From Mobula hypostoma (Eukaryota): 64,000 nt of DNA. The position numbers and the translations under genes are program-made. This document shows, in pieces, positions 12,319 to 25,250 of this stretch (position 1 is its first letter; the number at the start of each line of letters is the position of its first letter). The notes beneath the pieces were generated by a model. The model was given only the letters and a program-made list of their open reading frames with translations, had not been told where the DNA came from and searched no databases. The stretch lies in assembly GCF_963921235.1 (NCBI RefSeq), contig NC_086098.1:744001-808000 (forward strand), read 5' to 3'.

Positions 12319-13333
12319 GGATACTTGGTAGGATGGAGGAGCAGAGGGATCTCAGGGTACATGTCCACAGATCCCTGAAAGTTGCCTCACAGATGGATAG
12401 GGTAGTTAAGAAAGCTTATGGGGTGTTAGCTTTCATAAGTCAAGGGATAGAGTTTAAGAGTTGCGAGGTAATGATGCAGCTGTATAAAACTCTGGTTAGG
12501 CCACACTTGGAGTACTGTGTCCAGTTCTGGTCACCTCACTATGGGAAGGATGTGGAAGCATTGGAAAGGGTACAGAGGAGATTTACCAGGATGCTTCCTG
12601 GTTTAGAAAGTATGCATTATGATCAGAGATTAAGGGAGCTAAGGCTTTACTCTTTGAAGAGGAGGAGGATGAGAGGAGACATGATAGACGTGTACAAGAT
12701 AATAAGAGAAATAGATAGAGTGGATAGCCAGCGCCTCTTCCCCAGGGCACCAGTGCTCAATACATGAGGACATAGTTTTAAGGTAAGGGGTGGAAAGTTC
12801 AAGGGGGATATTAGAGGAAGGTTTTTTACTCAGAGAGTGGTTGGTGCGTGGAATACACTGCCTGAGTCAGTGGTGGAGACAGATGGACTGGTGAAGTTTA
12901 AGAGACTACTGGACAGGTATATGGAGGAATTTAAGGTGGGGGCTTATATGGAAGGCAGGGATTGAGGGTCAGCACAACATTGTGGGCCGAAGGGCCTGTA
13001 CTGTGCTGTACTATTCTATGTTGTATGTACAACATTGAATGACAGTGGATGTAATTTGTCTTTTTTGACACTCATCAGTAGAAAAAAACTCTTTTATGTC
13101 TAAGTGAAAACAGACCTCTACAAAGTGATCTAAATTAATTACAAATATAAAAGAAAAAATAATTGATTGTATAAGTATTCACCTGCTTTAATATGGAACA
13201 CCAATTTGTCACTGGTGTGGGCGATTGATTTTTAAAGTCACATAATTTGTTAAATGGAGATCACCTGTGTGCAGTCAAGGTGTTTCAATTGATTGTAGTA
13301 AAAATACACTTGTACCTGGAAGGTCCAACTTCT

Positions 13334-15132
13334 AGACTCAGATAGCAGGTAGGGAAGAAGTTAAGGATGTACGGGGTTGAATTAGAAAGGGTTGCATCAT
13401 TTAAATTTCTGGGAGTTATATTTGATTCACGATTAACGTGGGCAGACCATATCAGGAAAGTTGAGGAGAAATGTAAAAAAGTAATAAATGTGATGAGATG
13501 TTTGACTGGTAGGGAATGGGGAGCAAGTTGTTCAGCTTTGAAGAGAATGTATGTGGCTTTAATAAGATCTGTATTGGATTATGGAAGTATAGTATATGGA
13601 TCAGCAGCTAGGTCTCTTATAAGGAAACTGGATGTGATTCAGGCTCAGGCCTTGAGAGTGTGCAGTGGGGCTTTTAAAACGTCACCAGTGTCAGCCCTAC
13701 AGGTAGAAATGGGAATAATGCCTTTGGAACTAAAAAGGATGCAACTGATGGCAAAGTACTGGGCTAACTTGCAGGGGCACAATAATTCTCACCCTACTAA
13801 AGGAGTGTTGCAGGAGTGCTGGGAAAATGGGAGGTGTCAGAGGGATACCTTTAGTCGGGTAGGGAATGATAGCGCGAAAGAATGTGGAGTATTTGATCTG
13901 AGGATAAGTCCTTCAGTAGTTTATCCGGTTGTAGCTCCATGGAAGCTTGTATGGCCTGACATAGACTGGCATTTGTTAGAGGTAAAAAGGAAAGAAAGAT
14001 ATAAAACAGATTTGGTAAATGCATTTAACGGTCATGTGATGGAAAATTATAGTGATTATACTCACATTTATACGGATGGTGCAAAGGAACCTGAAACAGG
14101 AGTGACAGGGTTTGGGGTGGTAATACCAACAAAAGAAATTGGAATCAGCAGAAGAACATCTAATAAGCTAGGGGTGTTTACAGTGGAGATGCTGGCAGTG
14201 TTGGTTGCGTTGCAATGGGTGTAGAAAGCCAGACAAGCCAAAGCATTGATATGTTCAGATTCATCGTCAGTTCTAGCAAGTTTAAGGTCTTTTCACACAA
14301 ACAGTCGGCAAGATGTACTTTATGAAGTCCTTCAGTTAGTTACAAGAATTGCAAATCAGGGAGGTCAGGTAAAATTTCTATGGGTTCCAGCACATGTAGG
14401 GGTGAAGGGGAATGAGAGGGTGGATGAGTTGGCAAAGAGGGCGTTAAAGAAAGAAAATGTGGAAATGCACATTAGTATCAGTAAAGCAGTGGTTAAGTGG
14501 GTAATCTGGGAAAAAGTCAACCGAATGTGGCAAGAAAGGTGGGACAGGGAGGGGAAAGGGAGGCATTTATATCAAATACAAAAGAGTGTTGCAGTTACTA
14601 GGGTAGGTAATGGAAACAGAAGAGAGGAAATTGTGTGGACTAGGTTAAGGCTGGGGCATTGTGCATTAAACGAAACATTGAAAATGATAGGGAAACACCA
14701 GACAGGATTGTGTGAGGAATGTCAGGAAGAGCAGTCAGTAGAACATGTAGTTTTGTGTTGCAGGAAGTATGGGATACAGAGAGAGATGATGAGAAATAAA
14801 TTAAGGGAGTTGGGGATGCAGGAATTCACATTAAAAGGGTTGCTGGGCATGGGTGAGAGAGCACAAGTCCGGGTATTTTTAGCGTTTTTAAGGGGTACGG
14901 GTTTTTTTTATAGAATATGACGAATAAACAGGAATAGGATACTAGGATGGTCAAAGATGGGAGGGTGAAGTGTAGGTTTGTATATGTGTGTATATATATA
15001 TATATATAATTGGGTGAAGGGATTTAGAATGTATGTCTAGTGCACATTCCGGAGCAGAGGGTGGCGGTAATGCACCATTAAGCTGGATGCCAACCACCGT
15101 AAAACAAGATACAGACAGACAGACAGACAGAC
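13334..15132 (+). mobile_element. I/Nimb-group LINE, 5'-truncated, with RNase H
   Basis: TSD aggtccaacttct (13321-13333, 15133-15145); (CAGA)n 3' tail. Confidence 0.9.
13367..14920 (+). pseudogene. LINE ORF2 C-terminal part: RT thumb, RNase HI-like domain, CCHC knuckle; one in-frame stop at 14222-14224
   Basis: KFLGVIFD, RSVLDYG, IYTDG, E..A, SDS, WVPAHVGVKGNERVDELAK, CEEC..EHVVLCC. The two ORFs are in the same frame. Confidence 0.9.
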
Positions 15133-15642
15133 AGGTCCAACTTCTGGTGAGCCAGGATCTGAGCAAAAACTACTCTATGAAGACAAAGGAATATTCTAAG
15201 AAACTCTGTTAAAAGGTTATTGAAAAGCACAAGTTGGGAGATGGATACAAGAAAGTTTCCAAGTTACTGAACATCCCTTGGAGTACAGTTAAGTCAATAA
15301 TCAAGAAATGGAAAGAATATGTTATAGCTGTAATCTGCCTAGAGCTTGTCTCTCTCCCTCTCTCTGTGTATGTCTCCCTGTCTCTGCCTCCACCTCCTCA
15401 CCTGGAAAACAGGGTATGTTAATCACCCATTCTTGCCCTGTCTCAACCAAGTTTCAGCAATGGCCACAACATCGTACACACTTCAATCTATCTGAACTAT
15501 CATACCTGTTACTTTGATTTTGCCTTTCAATACTTACTCTGACATCCACCTTCTGGTCCAATCCTTCCCTTACTGTCCTGGGGCTTTGGTTCCCACCCCC
15601 TCTGCAAAGCTCTCCTGAGTAGTATCTGCAAACCTCCCAGCT

Positions 15643-15786
15643 AGTGGTGTGCAGAAGATCATCTCTGACTGTGCATCATGTGAAACCATGAAGTGGATGG
15701 GCTACAGCCACAGAAGACCATGAATGTGCACTCAGTGGCCATTTTATTAGCTATACAGCTAACTAATAAAGTGACAACTGAGTGTA
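15643..15786. mobile_element. Tc1-like relic end with short inverted repeat
   Basis: cactcagtggccattttattag...ctaataaagtgacaactgagtgta; related to 59521-59580. Confidence 0.55.
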
Positions 15787-16444
15787 TTCGGTACAGGGGT
15801 TGGTAAATGATTGGAATTCATAACACAGATCTTTGCCAGGCTCGTATATTGAAAGCAGCTGTCAAAAGATTTCTGGCTATCAAGGTGATGAAGGAGATTA
15901 GGGATAAAGCAGGAAAATGGAGATGAAGTGGAAAACCAGCCCTGCGCTTGATGAATGAAGGAGCCGATTCCAAGGACCAGATGGCCTGTCCCTGTTTCTG
16001 CTGCTTCATTTTGTTTGGGTTTCTGACATGACTCTAAAGTTACTTTCCTCTTTATTTAAACATGTGTGATCCAGTGTGGATTTTAAATTGTTGTCTGAGA
16101 TGGTAAGTTTAGGCTTGTTTCTTGATGGTTTATGTCCATTTCCTGCTGACTTCCTTTGAAGCTTCCTGTTCATTTGTACTGCTTTCTCAGTTTTTCCCGT
16201 ATTCTACTTTTCTATTCCCATTAACTGTTTGTGTCCATCGTTCAGAATCCGCAGCAGTATGGGAAATGTACCAGAATTGATTGTGGTTTAGTGCTAAGCA
16301 TAAAACACAAGACTATACCATAACAGACATACAGTTACAGCTAACAATTTATGACAATAGTGCAAACAGCTGTGAGCAATCAACAATTAGCAGAAAGGTC
16401 ACGTGTGCAAAAGTCAATAATCAAACTTAAATAAGTGTGAAAAT

Positions 16445-17143
16445 GTCATAGAGAAGTACTGCACAGAGAGGCCCTTCAGCCCATCTAGTCCATGTAACCT
16501 TTTAAAATGGCTACTCCGACCGACCTGCACCGGGAGCATAGCCCTTCATATTCCTAACATCTCTGTACTGACCCAAACCTTGCTTAAATGTTGAAACCCA
16601 GAATCCAGGTAGCACGCAACACTTGTGCTAGCAGCTCATTCCACACTATCACAACCCTCTGAGTGAATAAGTTGCACCTCATTGCCCCCTTAAAGTTGTC
16701 ACCCTTAACCCGTGACCTCAGTTGTAGTCTCACCCAACCTCAGGGTAAGTGCAAGCAGGCATTTTCCACCATCTAGACCCCTCATAATTTTGTATACCTC
16801 TATCAAATGTCCTCCCAATCTTCTATGTTATAAAGCATGCAGTCTGACCTATTCAAACTTTCCTTATAACTCTGGTCTCCAGAGTCAGCAACATCCTTGT
16901 GAATTTTCTCTGTACTATTTCAAGCTTGTTTACATCTGTCCTGTAGGTAGGTGACCAAAACTATACACAATACTCCAAATCGGGCCTCACCAATATCTTG
17001 TACAACTTCAACATAACAGTCCATCTTCTGTATGCAATACTTTGATTTATGAAGGCCAATGTGCCAAAAGCTTTCTTTATGCCCCTATCTACCTGTGATA
17101 TCACTTTCACTGAATTATGTATCTGTATTCCCAGATCCCTTTG
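16445..17143 (-). mobile_element. Old CR1 3' fragment
   Basis: Homologous to CR1 RT C-terminus and 3' UTR (gaccaaaactatacacaatactcc; ggcccttcagccc). Confidence 0.8.
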
Positions 17144-17149
17144 AACAGA

Positions 17150-18350
17150 TCAAGGCATTATCAACAGAACAAGGAGAGCAGGAAAAACCATTTTACTGAT
17201 TTTAAGCAGGGACAGTCAGGGTATTGTATCTGAGTGAGTTTTGTTAAGAAGCTGTATACTGCAGGAGAGAAGTTTTGGAAATGACATGTAGTCCTTGTAG
17301 CAACTCCCTGGTGACAGTCTGATGAATAGGAGACTCCTGGGGTGGATGGAGTCAGCAGTAATGTTTTCAGTTTTTTCCTCTACTCTGATGATGAACTAGT
17401 CTTTTAATGTCAGTAGCTGACAGCAAATGATCTTTTGTCATTCTGTGGACCATGCGCTGTATCCTCGACTTGGAGAGGGAGGAAGCGGCAGAAAACCAAT
17501 TGGTCATAGAGGTGGTCACAACACTCTCAATGATGGCGGAGGAAAAATTCATCAGGATACACCCTGAAATGGCAAGTTTGCTAAATTAGACTAGCGTAAG
17601 AAGAACAATCTCTGCTGGGCTTTCCTATTGACGAGCGTAACGTGCTTGTCTCACGACAATGTACTGGTAATGGTAGTCCCCAGGAATTTGAATGACTTGG
17701 CCATGGGTACAGCCTAACTATTAATTTCCAAAGGCTGGCAGGTAGGGGGTTGTCAGCAGAAGTCAATCTTCATTTCCACTGTTGATGGCATTCAGCTCCT
17801 AGGTGTTACGAGGACACCATGCTGCAATATAACCATGTAACAATTACAGCACGGAAACAGGCCGTCTCGGCCCTTCTAGTCCGTGCTGAACACTTACTCT
17901 CACCTAGTCCCGTCTACCTGCACTCAGCCCATAACCCTGATTGAAATATGGTCTACCTCTCTTTGATAGCAGGTCACTTCATTTTTAGAGATGAGACAAA
18001 GTTTGTCATCTGCGAATTTTGGATTTTAATAGTTTTGTCTGCGGAGGTACAGTCATTTTGTATGAAGTGAGAACAGAAGGGGTGCAAGAACATATTCCTG
18101 AGGAAAGCCGGTGCTTATAAACTGGAACAGACAAGTAGGAGCTCAGCCTTGCGTATTGATTCCCACCTGTCATCAAGTTTGCAATCCATTGACAGATGCT
18201 GTAAGGTGCAGCTAGCTGTGTTAGCTTAGTAACTCTGGAACAATAGTATTGAGGTCAGAGCTAAAATCCACAAACAAGACCCTCACATAGGTTTTAGAGG
18301 TGTTCAAATGTTGAAGAATATAATGAAGACGCAAGTTAACTGCATTCTCT
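17150..18350 (-). mobile_element. Rex1/Babar-type LINE RT fragment, with small CR1-F 3' end at about 17829-17938
   Basis: LHYILQHLNTSKTYVRVLFVDFSSDLNTIVPELL; FSSAIIESVVTTSMTNWF. Confidence 0.8.
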
Positions 18351-18785
18351 GGTGATGCAATGGCCTCTGCTTTCCACTTTGTCCTGGCACATCTGGAAAA
18401 TGGGGTCTTGTATGCCAGGCTGCTGTTTATAGATTTCAGTTCACCGTTCAGGAGCATCATACCCCAGAAACTGGGGGGAAACTATCCTCACTGTGTCTTA
18501 ATGCCTCTCTCTGCAATTGGACATTGGATTTCTTAACTGTAAGGCCACAGTCAGTCAGTATGGGCAGCAATGCCTCTCGTCCTGTTACACTGAATACTGG
18601 TGTTTCACAGGTCTGTGTGCTCGGCCTGCTGCTGTTCACACTGCTGACGAATGACAGCGTCACAGGATCCATTTCAAACTGCGGATGACACAACAGTGTT
18701 TGGCCTTGTCAGGAACAATGACAGGACAGAATATAGAGAAGAAGTGGAGCAGCCAGTGGATTCATTGGAGAAGAACAACCTAGTC
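18351..18785 (+). mobile_element. Second Rex1/Babar-type RT fragment, opposite orientation
   Basis: [52 protein letters not shown]. Confidence 0.78.
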
Positions 18786-18789
18786 TTTG

Positions 18790-19550
18790 TTCCTGCACAA
18801 AATCCAGAGTGGAGCTTGGAAAAACCAGCCAGCTTTCAGCAGGAGTTTTTGATTGGACAGTGGTGCAGGCTCAGTAGAAGGATTCCTGTGCGGGTCCGGT
18901 GTGGAGCTTGAAAAACCCAGTCTCTATAGAAGAGAGGTAACATCCAGCAGAGGGATCATTGTCAGAGTGGTGTGAGTCAGAATGGTAAGGCTTTAGCTAG
19001 ATAGTCGGCAAGTATACTTATTTCTTTTTCTTAGTTAACACTTGAAAGAATGAGGAGTATGTCTCCAGGACCAGTGTTCTGTTCTGGGTGTCTGATGTGG
19101 AACTTCCAGGAGACTTCCAGCCTCCACAATGGCCACATCTGCACCAGGTGCATCAAGATGCAGCTCATTAGAGATCGTGTGAGGGAACTGGAGCTGCAGA
19201 TCAATGATCTTCAGCTTGGTAAAGTGAGGCAGTGATACACAGGAGCTACAGGGAGATAGTCACCCCAGGCTACAGAAGACAGATGAATGGGTGACAGTCA
19301 GGAGAGGATAGGAAAATTGTCAGAGTGGAGAGCACCCCTGTGGCCATCCCCCTCAACAATAAGTACTCCAGTTTGGTGGGAGCACCAGTGGCCATGCCTC
19401 TGGCACTGAGTCTGGCCCTGTGGCTCAGAAGGGTAGGGAAATGAAGAAGGTGGCAGCAGTAATAGGGGACAGATAGGTGATTTTGTAGATACAAAAAAGA
19501 AACACTGATGGTATTTGCCTCGCAGATGCCAGGGTCTGCGATGTTTCTGA
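18790..19550 (+). mobile_element. CR1 5' UTR and ORF1 (zinc finger/leucine zipper, esterase start)
   Basis: CSGCLMW..HICTRCIKMQLIRDRVRELELQINDL; repeated gtggagcttg(g)aaaaacc monomers upstream. Confidence 0.75.
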
Positions 19551-20177
19551 ATGTGCCGCTCCGAAGTGATATCGTATTTGTAAGTAGGATGCTGTGCACA
19601 ATCCTGCTTTGATGGAGACAGCCGTGAGAAGCACGGAGGAACACCTGGAGAAACTTCTGAAATGCCCGCTTCGCTGCTGCTGCTACTGTGAGATCGAGAA
19701 TCTCTGGCGGGGAAGGCCCCAAATCCTCGGCTTTGTCTATTGCCTGTTGCCGGGGCCGGGGTCGAAGCGCTCGGCAGAGATGGTGCTCGGTGTCAGAGGG
19801 CTGGTTGGAAGCACGAAGTTTTCGGACGGACTCGAGTCGGCTGTGGTCGGGTGCTTCCAGGGTGCTGCATCGGCAAGTTTGCGGTGCTGAAAGCTCATGG
19901 CAGGGAGAGTTTTTCTTCCTTCTCCGTCGGCATGAGATGATGGGACTTTCGAGAGACTTCAAGAATTTTTTTACTGTGACCATGGTCTGTTCTTATCAAA
20001 TTACAGTATTGCTTTGCACTGTTGTAACTATATGTTATAATTATGTGGTCTTTGTCAGTTTTTCAGTCAGTTTGTCATGTTTCTGTGATATCATTCTGGA
20101 GGAACATTGTATCATTTCTTAATGCATGCATTACTAAATGACAATAAAAGAGGACTGCATGTCCTTATAATCTAATA
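19551..20177 (+). mobile_element. Non-coding interspersed retroposon (second copy at 61110-61618)
   Basis: Colinear similarity with 61110-61618. Ends tgacaataaaag..aatctaat; interrupts CR1 ORF1. Confidence 0.7.
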
Positions 20178-20189
20178 TCCTGAAAAGGG

Positions 20190-21515
20190 AGGCAGTAATA
20201 GGGGACATCAAACTGGCGATAAACTGAATAAGTATTTTGCATCATTCTTTACTGTTGAAGTCACTAGCAGTATGGTGGAAGTTTCAGGTGCCAGATGCTA
20301 TGAAGTGTGTGGAGTTAACATAGTAGAGAGAAGGTTCTCGAGGATCTGAAAGATCTGAAGGTAGCTGAAGAGGTTGTGGGGGCTTGGTAATGATCTTTCA
20401 AGAATCATTAGCTTCTGAAAAGGCCATTGCAAATGTCACTCCACTCTTCAAACAGGGAGAGGAGTAGTAGAAAGGAAATTATAGGCTAGTTAGTCTGGCC
20501 TCAGTGGTTGGGAATTTGTTGGTGTTGATTATTAAGGATGAGGTCTCAGGGTACTTGGAGGCACATGATAAAATAGGCCATAGTCAGCATGGTTTCCTCA
20601 AGGGAAAATCTTGCCTGACAAATCTGTTGGAATTCTTTGATGAAATAACAAACAGGATAGACAAAAGAGAATCGGTTGATTTTGTATTCTTGGATTTTCA
20701 GAAGGCCTTTGACAAGGCGCCACACATGAGGCTGCTTAACTAGATACGAGTCTATGGTATTAGAAACATAGAAAATAGGTGCAGGAGTAGGCCATTCGGC
20801 CCTTCGAGCCTGCACCGCCATTTATTATGATCATGGCTGATCATCCAACTCAGGATTACAGGAAAGATTCCAGCATGTCATAAGTAGTGGCTGATTGGTA
20901 GGAGGCAAAGTGTGGGAATAAAGGGAGCCTTTCTGATTGGCTGCCAGTCACTAGTGGTGTTCCACAAGTGTCTGTGTTGGGTCCATTTTTTTTAACCTTG
21001 TACATCAATGATTTGGGTGATGGAATTAGGGCTTTGTTGCAAAGTTTGCAGATGATATGAAAATAGGTGGCAGGGAGGTAGTGTTGAGCAAGTACAGAGA
21101 CTACAGAAAGACTTCGACAGATTAGGAGAATCGACAAAGAAATGGCAGATGGAATACAGTGTTAGGAAGTGTATGGTTATGCACTTTGGCAGAAGAAATG
21201 CAATAGTTGACTATTTTCTATATAGAGAAAAACACAAATAACTGAGGCGTAAAGCAACCTTTGAGTCCTTCTGCAAGATTCCCAAAAGGTTAATCTGCAG
21301 GTAGAGTCTGTGGTGAGGAAGGCAAATGCAATGTTAGCATTCATTTTAAGAGGACTGGAACTTAAAAGCAAGGATGGTCAGGTTGAGAATTTATAAAGCA
21401 TTGGTGAGGCCTCAATTGGAGAATTTTGAGCAGTTTTGAACTGTTATCTTGGAAAGGATGTGCTGAAACTGGAGAGGGTTCAAAGGAGGTTCACTGAAAT
21501 GATTCATATGAAGAG
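20190..21515 (+). mobile_element. Decayed CR1 RT region (D-like) with a 94-bp CR1-B 3' end inserted at 20761-20854 on minus
   Basis: [27 protein letters not shown]; insert begins tagaaacatagaaaataggtgcagg. Confidence 0.85.
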
Positions 21516-21519
21516 TGTA

Positions 21520-24500
21520 CGGGGTAGTGAGGAGATGATCAATCAGATTTACAGGGAAGTAGTCACCCCGAAGTTGCAGGAGGCGAGTAGCTGAGTGACT
21601 GTCAGAAGGAATGGAAATATAAATAGGCAGTTAGAGCAGAGCACACACATGGTAATTCCCCTCAAAAACAAGTATACCACTTTGGATACTTTTGTGGGGG
21701 GCTGACCTCCTGAGAGAATGCTACGATGACCAGAGAAGAAGGGAGCAATGGTGATAGGGACTCAGTAGTGAGGGGAACAGACAGGAGATTCTGTGGATGT
21801 GAACGGGACAACCAGATGGTATATTGCCTTCCAGGTGCCAGGGTCAGGGTTGTCTCAGATCACATCCACAGCATTTTAGAGAGGGAGGGAGGGTAGCCAG
21901 ATGTCTTGGTACATATTTGTATCAATGACATAGGAAGGAAAAGCAAAGAGGTTCCAAAAAGAGAATTTGGAGAGCCAGATAGAAAGCTGAGAAGCAAGAC
22001 CTGGCCAGTAATTTCTGGATTGCTGCCTGTGGCATGCACCAGTGAGCATAGAAACAAGATGATATGGTAAATTAACCTGTGGCTGCGAAGCTGGAGCAGC
22101 TGTTAGGGCTTCAGGTTCTTGGGTCATTGGAATCTCTTCTAGGGGAGGTATGACCTGTTCAGAAGTGATGAGTTGCACCTGAAGCTGAGGGGAGCTGATA
22201 TTCTCATGGGCAGGTTTGTTAGAGCTGTTGGGGATGGTTTAAAGTAATCCGGCAGGTGTTTTGGGGGGGGGGATTGGAATGAAGGGTCTCAGGATAGGAT
22301 GGATGGTAAAAATGCAAAGATAGCATGCAACCAGATGGTAAGGAAGGGCAGGCAGATGATAGGACATAATTGCAGCCAGCAGGGTGAGTATCAGTGCATT
22401 AGGGATGCAAAACCAAAAAGAGCAGCAAATGCAGTACTCAGTGTTATATCTCAATGAATAGAGTATCTATTTAAAAAAAATAAGGTGGATGATCTTGTTG
22501 CACTATTACAGATTGTCAGGTATGATGTTGTGGCCATCAGTGAATCATGGCAGAAGGATGGTTGAAGTTGGGAGCTGAATGTCCAAGGTTATATGTTGTA
22601 TCGGAGGGATAGGAAGGTCAGCAGTGGTGTTGACATGTCTCTGCTGGTAAAGAATGGCATCAACTCAGTAGAACGATGTGACATAGGATCGAAAGATGTT
22701 GCATCTTTGTGGGTTGAGTTAGGAAACTACAAAGGTAAAAGGACCCTGATGGCAGTTGTATGCAAGCCTCCCAAGAGGAACTGGGATGTGGATTGTAGAT
22801 TACAACAGGAAATAGAAAGGCATGTCAAAAGGGCAATGTTATGATAGTCATGGGAAATTTCAACATGCAAATCAATTGGGGAAAATCGGGTTGGAAATGG
22901 ATCTCGAGTGAGTTTGTTGAATGTCTACAAGATGGTTTTTTAGAACAGTTTGACATTGAGCCTACTAAGGGATCAGCTGTACTAGATTGGGTGTTACATA
23001 ATGAACCAGAGGTGATTAGGGAGCTTAAAGTAAAAGAACACTTGGGAATCAGTGATTGCATTCAACTTGAAATTTGACGGGGAAAAAGTAAAGTCTGGCA
23101 TAGCAGTATTTCAGTAGAGAAAAGGAATTACAAAGGTATGAGAGAGGAGTTGGCCAAAGTAAGTTGGAAGAAGCTGCTGGCAGGGATATCAGCAGAGCAG
23201 CAATGGCATGAGATTCTTGGAAAAAGGAGGAAGGTGCAGAATAGATGTATTCCTAAAAACAAAGAAATACTCAAATGACAAAATAGCACAACCATGGCTG
23301 AGAAGGGAAGTCAAGCTAATGTAAAGGCAAAAGAGAGGGCATATAATAAAGCAAAAATTATTGAGAAAACAAAAGATTGGGAAGCTTTTAAAACCCTACA
23401 GAGAGCAACTAAAAGATCATTAGGAGGGAAAAGATGAAATATGAAAGCAAGGTGACACACATGAAGCAGCTTACCAAGTTAAGAGCCGAGGGCATTACAG
23501 GAAAGTTACTGGCACAGTTAGAACATTAGCTGAATGGTAGGAGGCAGTGATTGGGAATTAAAGACCATAAGGTATAGGAGCTAAAGTAGGCCATTTGGCC
23601 CATCGAGTCTGCTCCACTATTCAATCATGGGTTGATCCAATTCTTCCAGTCATCCCCACTCCCCTGCTTTCACCTCATACCCTTTGATGCCCTGGCTAAT
23701 CAAGAAACTACCTCTCTGCCTTAAACACACCCAATGACTTTGCCTCCACAGCTGCTCGTGGCAACAAATTCCACAGATTTACCACCCTCTGACTAAAGTA
23801 AATTCTCCGCATCTCAGTTCTAAAGGATCTTTTTCCAGATGGCTGCCAGTGACTAAAGGTGTTCCACAGGAGTCATTGTTGGGACCACTTCTTTTTATGC
23901 TGTATATCAATGATTTAGATGTGTCACCTATCCCAGCAGAAGAAATAGAACCAGCAGAAATAGAAAACATTTTGGAGTCCAGTATTGCTATTAACTAATA
24001 ATATTTATTAGTAACTACGCAATACAGTAATATAAATGTAGATAAATCAAACAGGTTAGCAATGATTATATATAAGTAAGTAAATCAGTAAGTGTGGAAA
24101 TATATGTGAAAAACCAAGCTTAAGTCTAGGGGTAAAAAGTTAGTCTTACGATGATGAGTAAAGTTCAGTTCAGTTTGTGGTATTGAGTCGAGTAGTGATG
24201 GAGAGAGAGGGAGAGATTTGAGTCTTCAGGTGAGTTGTCTCTCTGTCTCTCTGTCTCATAGGGGTAATCGAGCACAGTTGATGGGGATAATTCAGGACCC
24301 CGTCACAGATGGAGTAGATGGCTTTGTTGCTAAGTTTGCAGATGATACCAAGGTTAGTGCAGGTAGTGTTGATGAAGCAGGTCGGATGCAGAAGGACTTG
24401 GACAGATTAGGAGAATGGGCAAGAAAATGGCAATTGAAATACAATGTTGGAAAATGCATGGTTGTGCACTTCGGTAGTAGAAATAAATGTGCAGACTGTT

Positions 24501-25250
24501 TTCTAAACTGGAAGAAAGTCCAGGAATTTGAGATGCAGAGGGACTTGGGAGTCCTTGTGCAGAATACTCTAAAGGTTAACTTGCAGGTTGAATCAGTGGT
24601 GAGGAAGGCAAATGCCATCTTAACATTCATTTCAAGAGGTCTAGAATACAAGAGCAGCGATGTGATTCTGAGGCTTTATAAGGCACTGGTGAGGCCTCAC
24701 CTTGAGGATTGTGAACAGTTTTGAGCTCATCTTAGTAAAGATGTGCTGACATTGGAGAAAGTTCAGTGGAGGTTCATAAGGATGATTTTTAGAATGAAAG
24801 ATTTATCATACAAGGAACGTTTTTATAGCTCTGGGTCTGTACTCACTGGAATTTAGAAGGATGAAGAGGGATCTCATTGAAACCTTTCTAATGTTGAAAG
24901 CTCTCAACAGTAGACGTGGAAAGGATGTTTCCCTTGGTGGGGGAGCCTAGCACAAAAGGACACAGCTTCCCAATAGAGGAACATCCAATTAAAACTGCTG
25001 CAGAGATATTTCTTTAGCCAGAGAGTGGTGAGTTTGTGGAATTTATTACCATGTAGCTGTGGAGGCCAGGTTGTTGGGTATATTTAAGGCAGAGCTCGAT
25101 AGGTTCTTGATTGGATGTGGTACCAAAGGTTATGGGGAGAAGGTTGGGGTTTGGGGCTGAGGAGGGGGAAAAATGATCTGAAATGATTGAATGACAGAGC
25201 AGACTCAATGGGCCAAATGGCCTAATTCTACTCCTATGTCTTATGGTCTT
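21520..25250 (+). mobile_element. Decayed CR1 (ORF1 esterase, EN, internal deletion, RT, tail) with nested minus-strand CR1 3' end at about 23564-23820
   Basis: ORFs 22593 and 22841 (EN), 24218 (FADD..LVRPHLE); tail tcttatggtctt near 25245. Confidence 0.82.
23922..24307 (-). mobile_element. Solo LTR-like element, 386 bp
   Basis: TGTCAC...GTCACA ends, exact 4-bp TSD gatg (23918-23921, 24308-24311), AATAAA on minus near 24005. Confidence 0.7.

Larger units (their letters stand above)
8738..13030 (+). mobile_element. CR1 subfamily A, 5'-truncated ORF2 to tail, interrupted twice
   Basis: ORFs 8849, 9696 (SGVPQGSVLGPLLF, FADD) and 12333; tail ctattctatgttg. Confidence 0.93.
13031..15345 (+). mobile_element. 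Tc1-like DNA transposon relic (left region and transposase N-terminus), split by a LINE
   Basis: ataagtattcacc inner-repeat-like motif at 13171. ATG 15177 leads to MKTKEYSK..GDGYKKVSKLLNIPWSTVKSIIKKWKEY (Tc1 HTH), with one stop. Confidence 0.8.
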
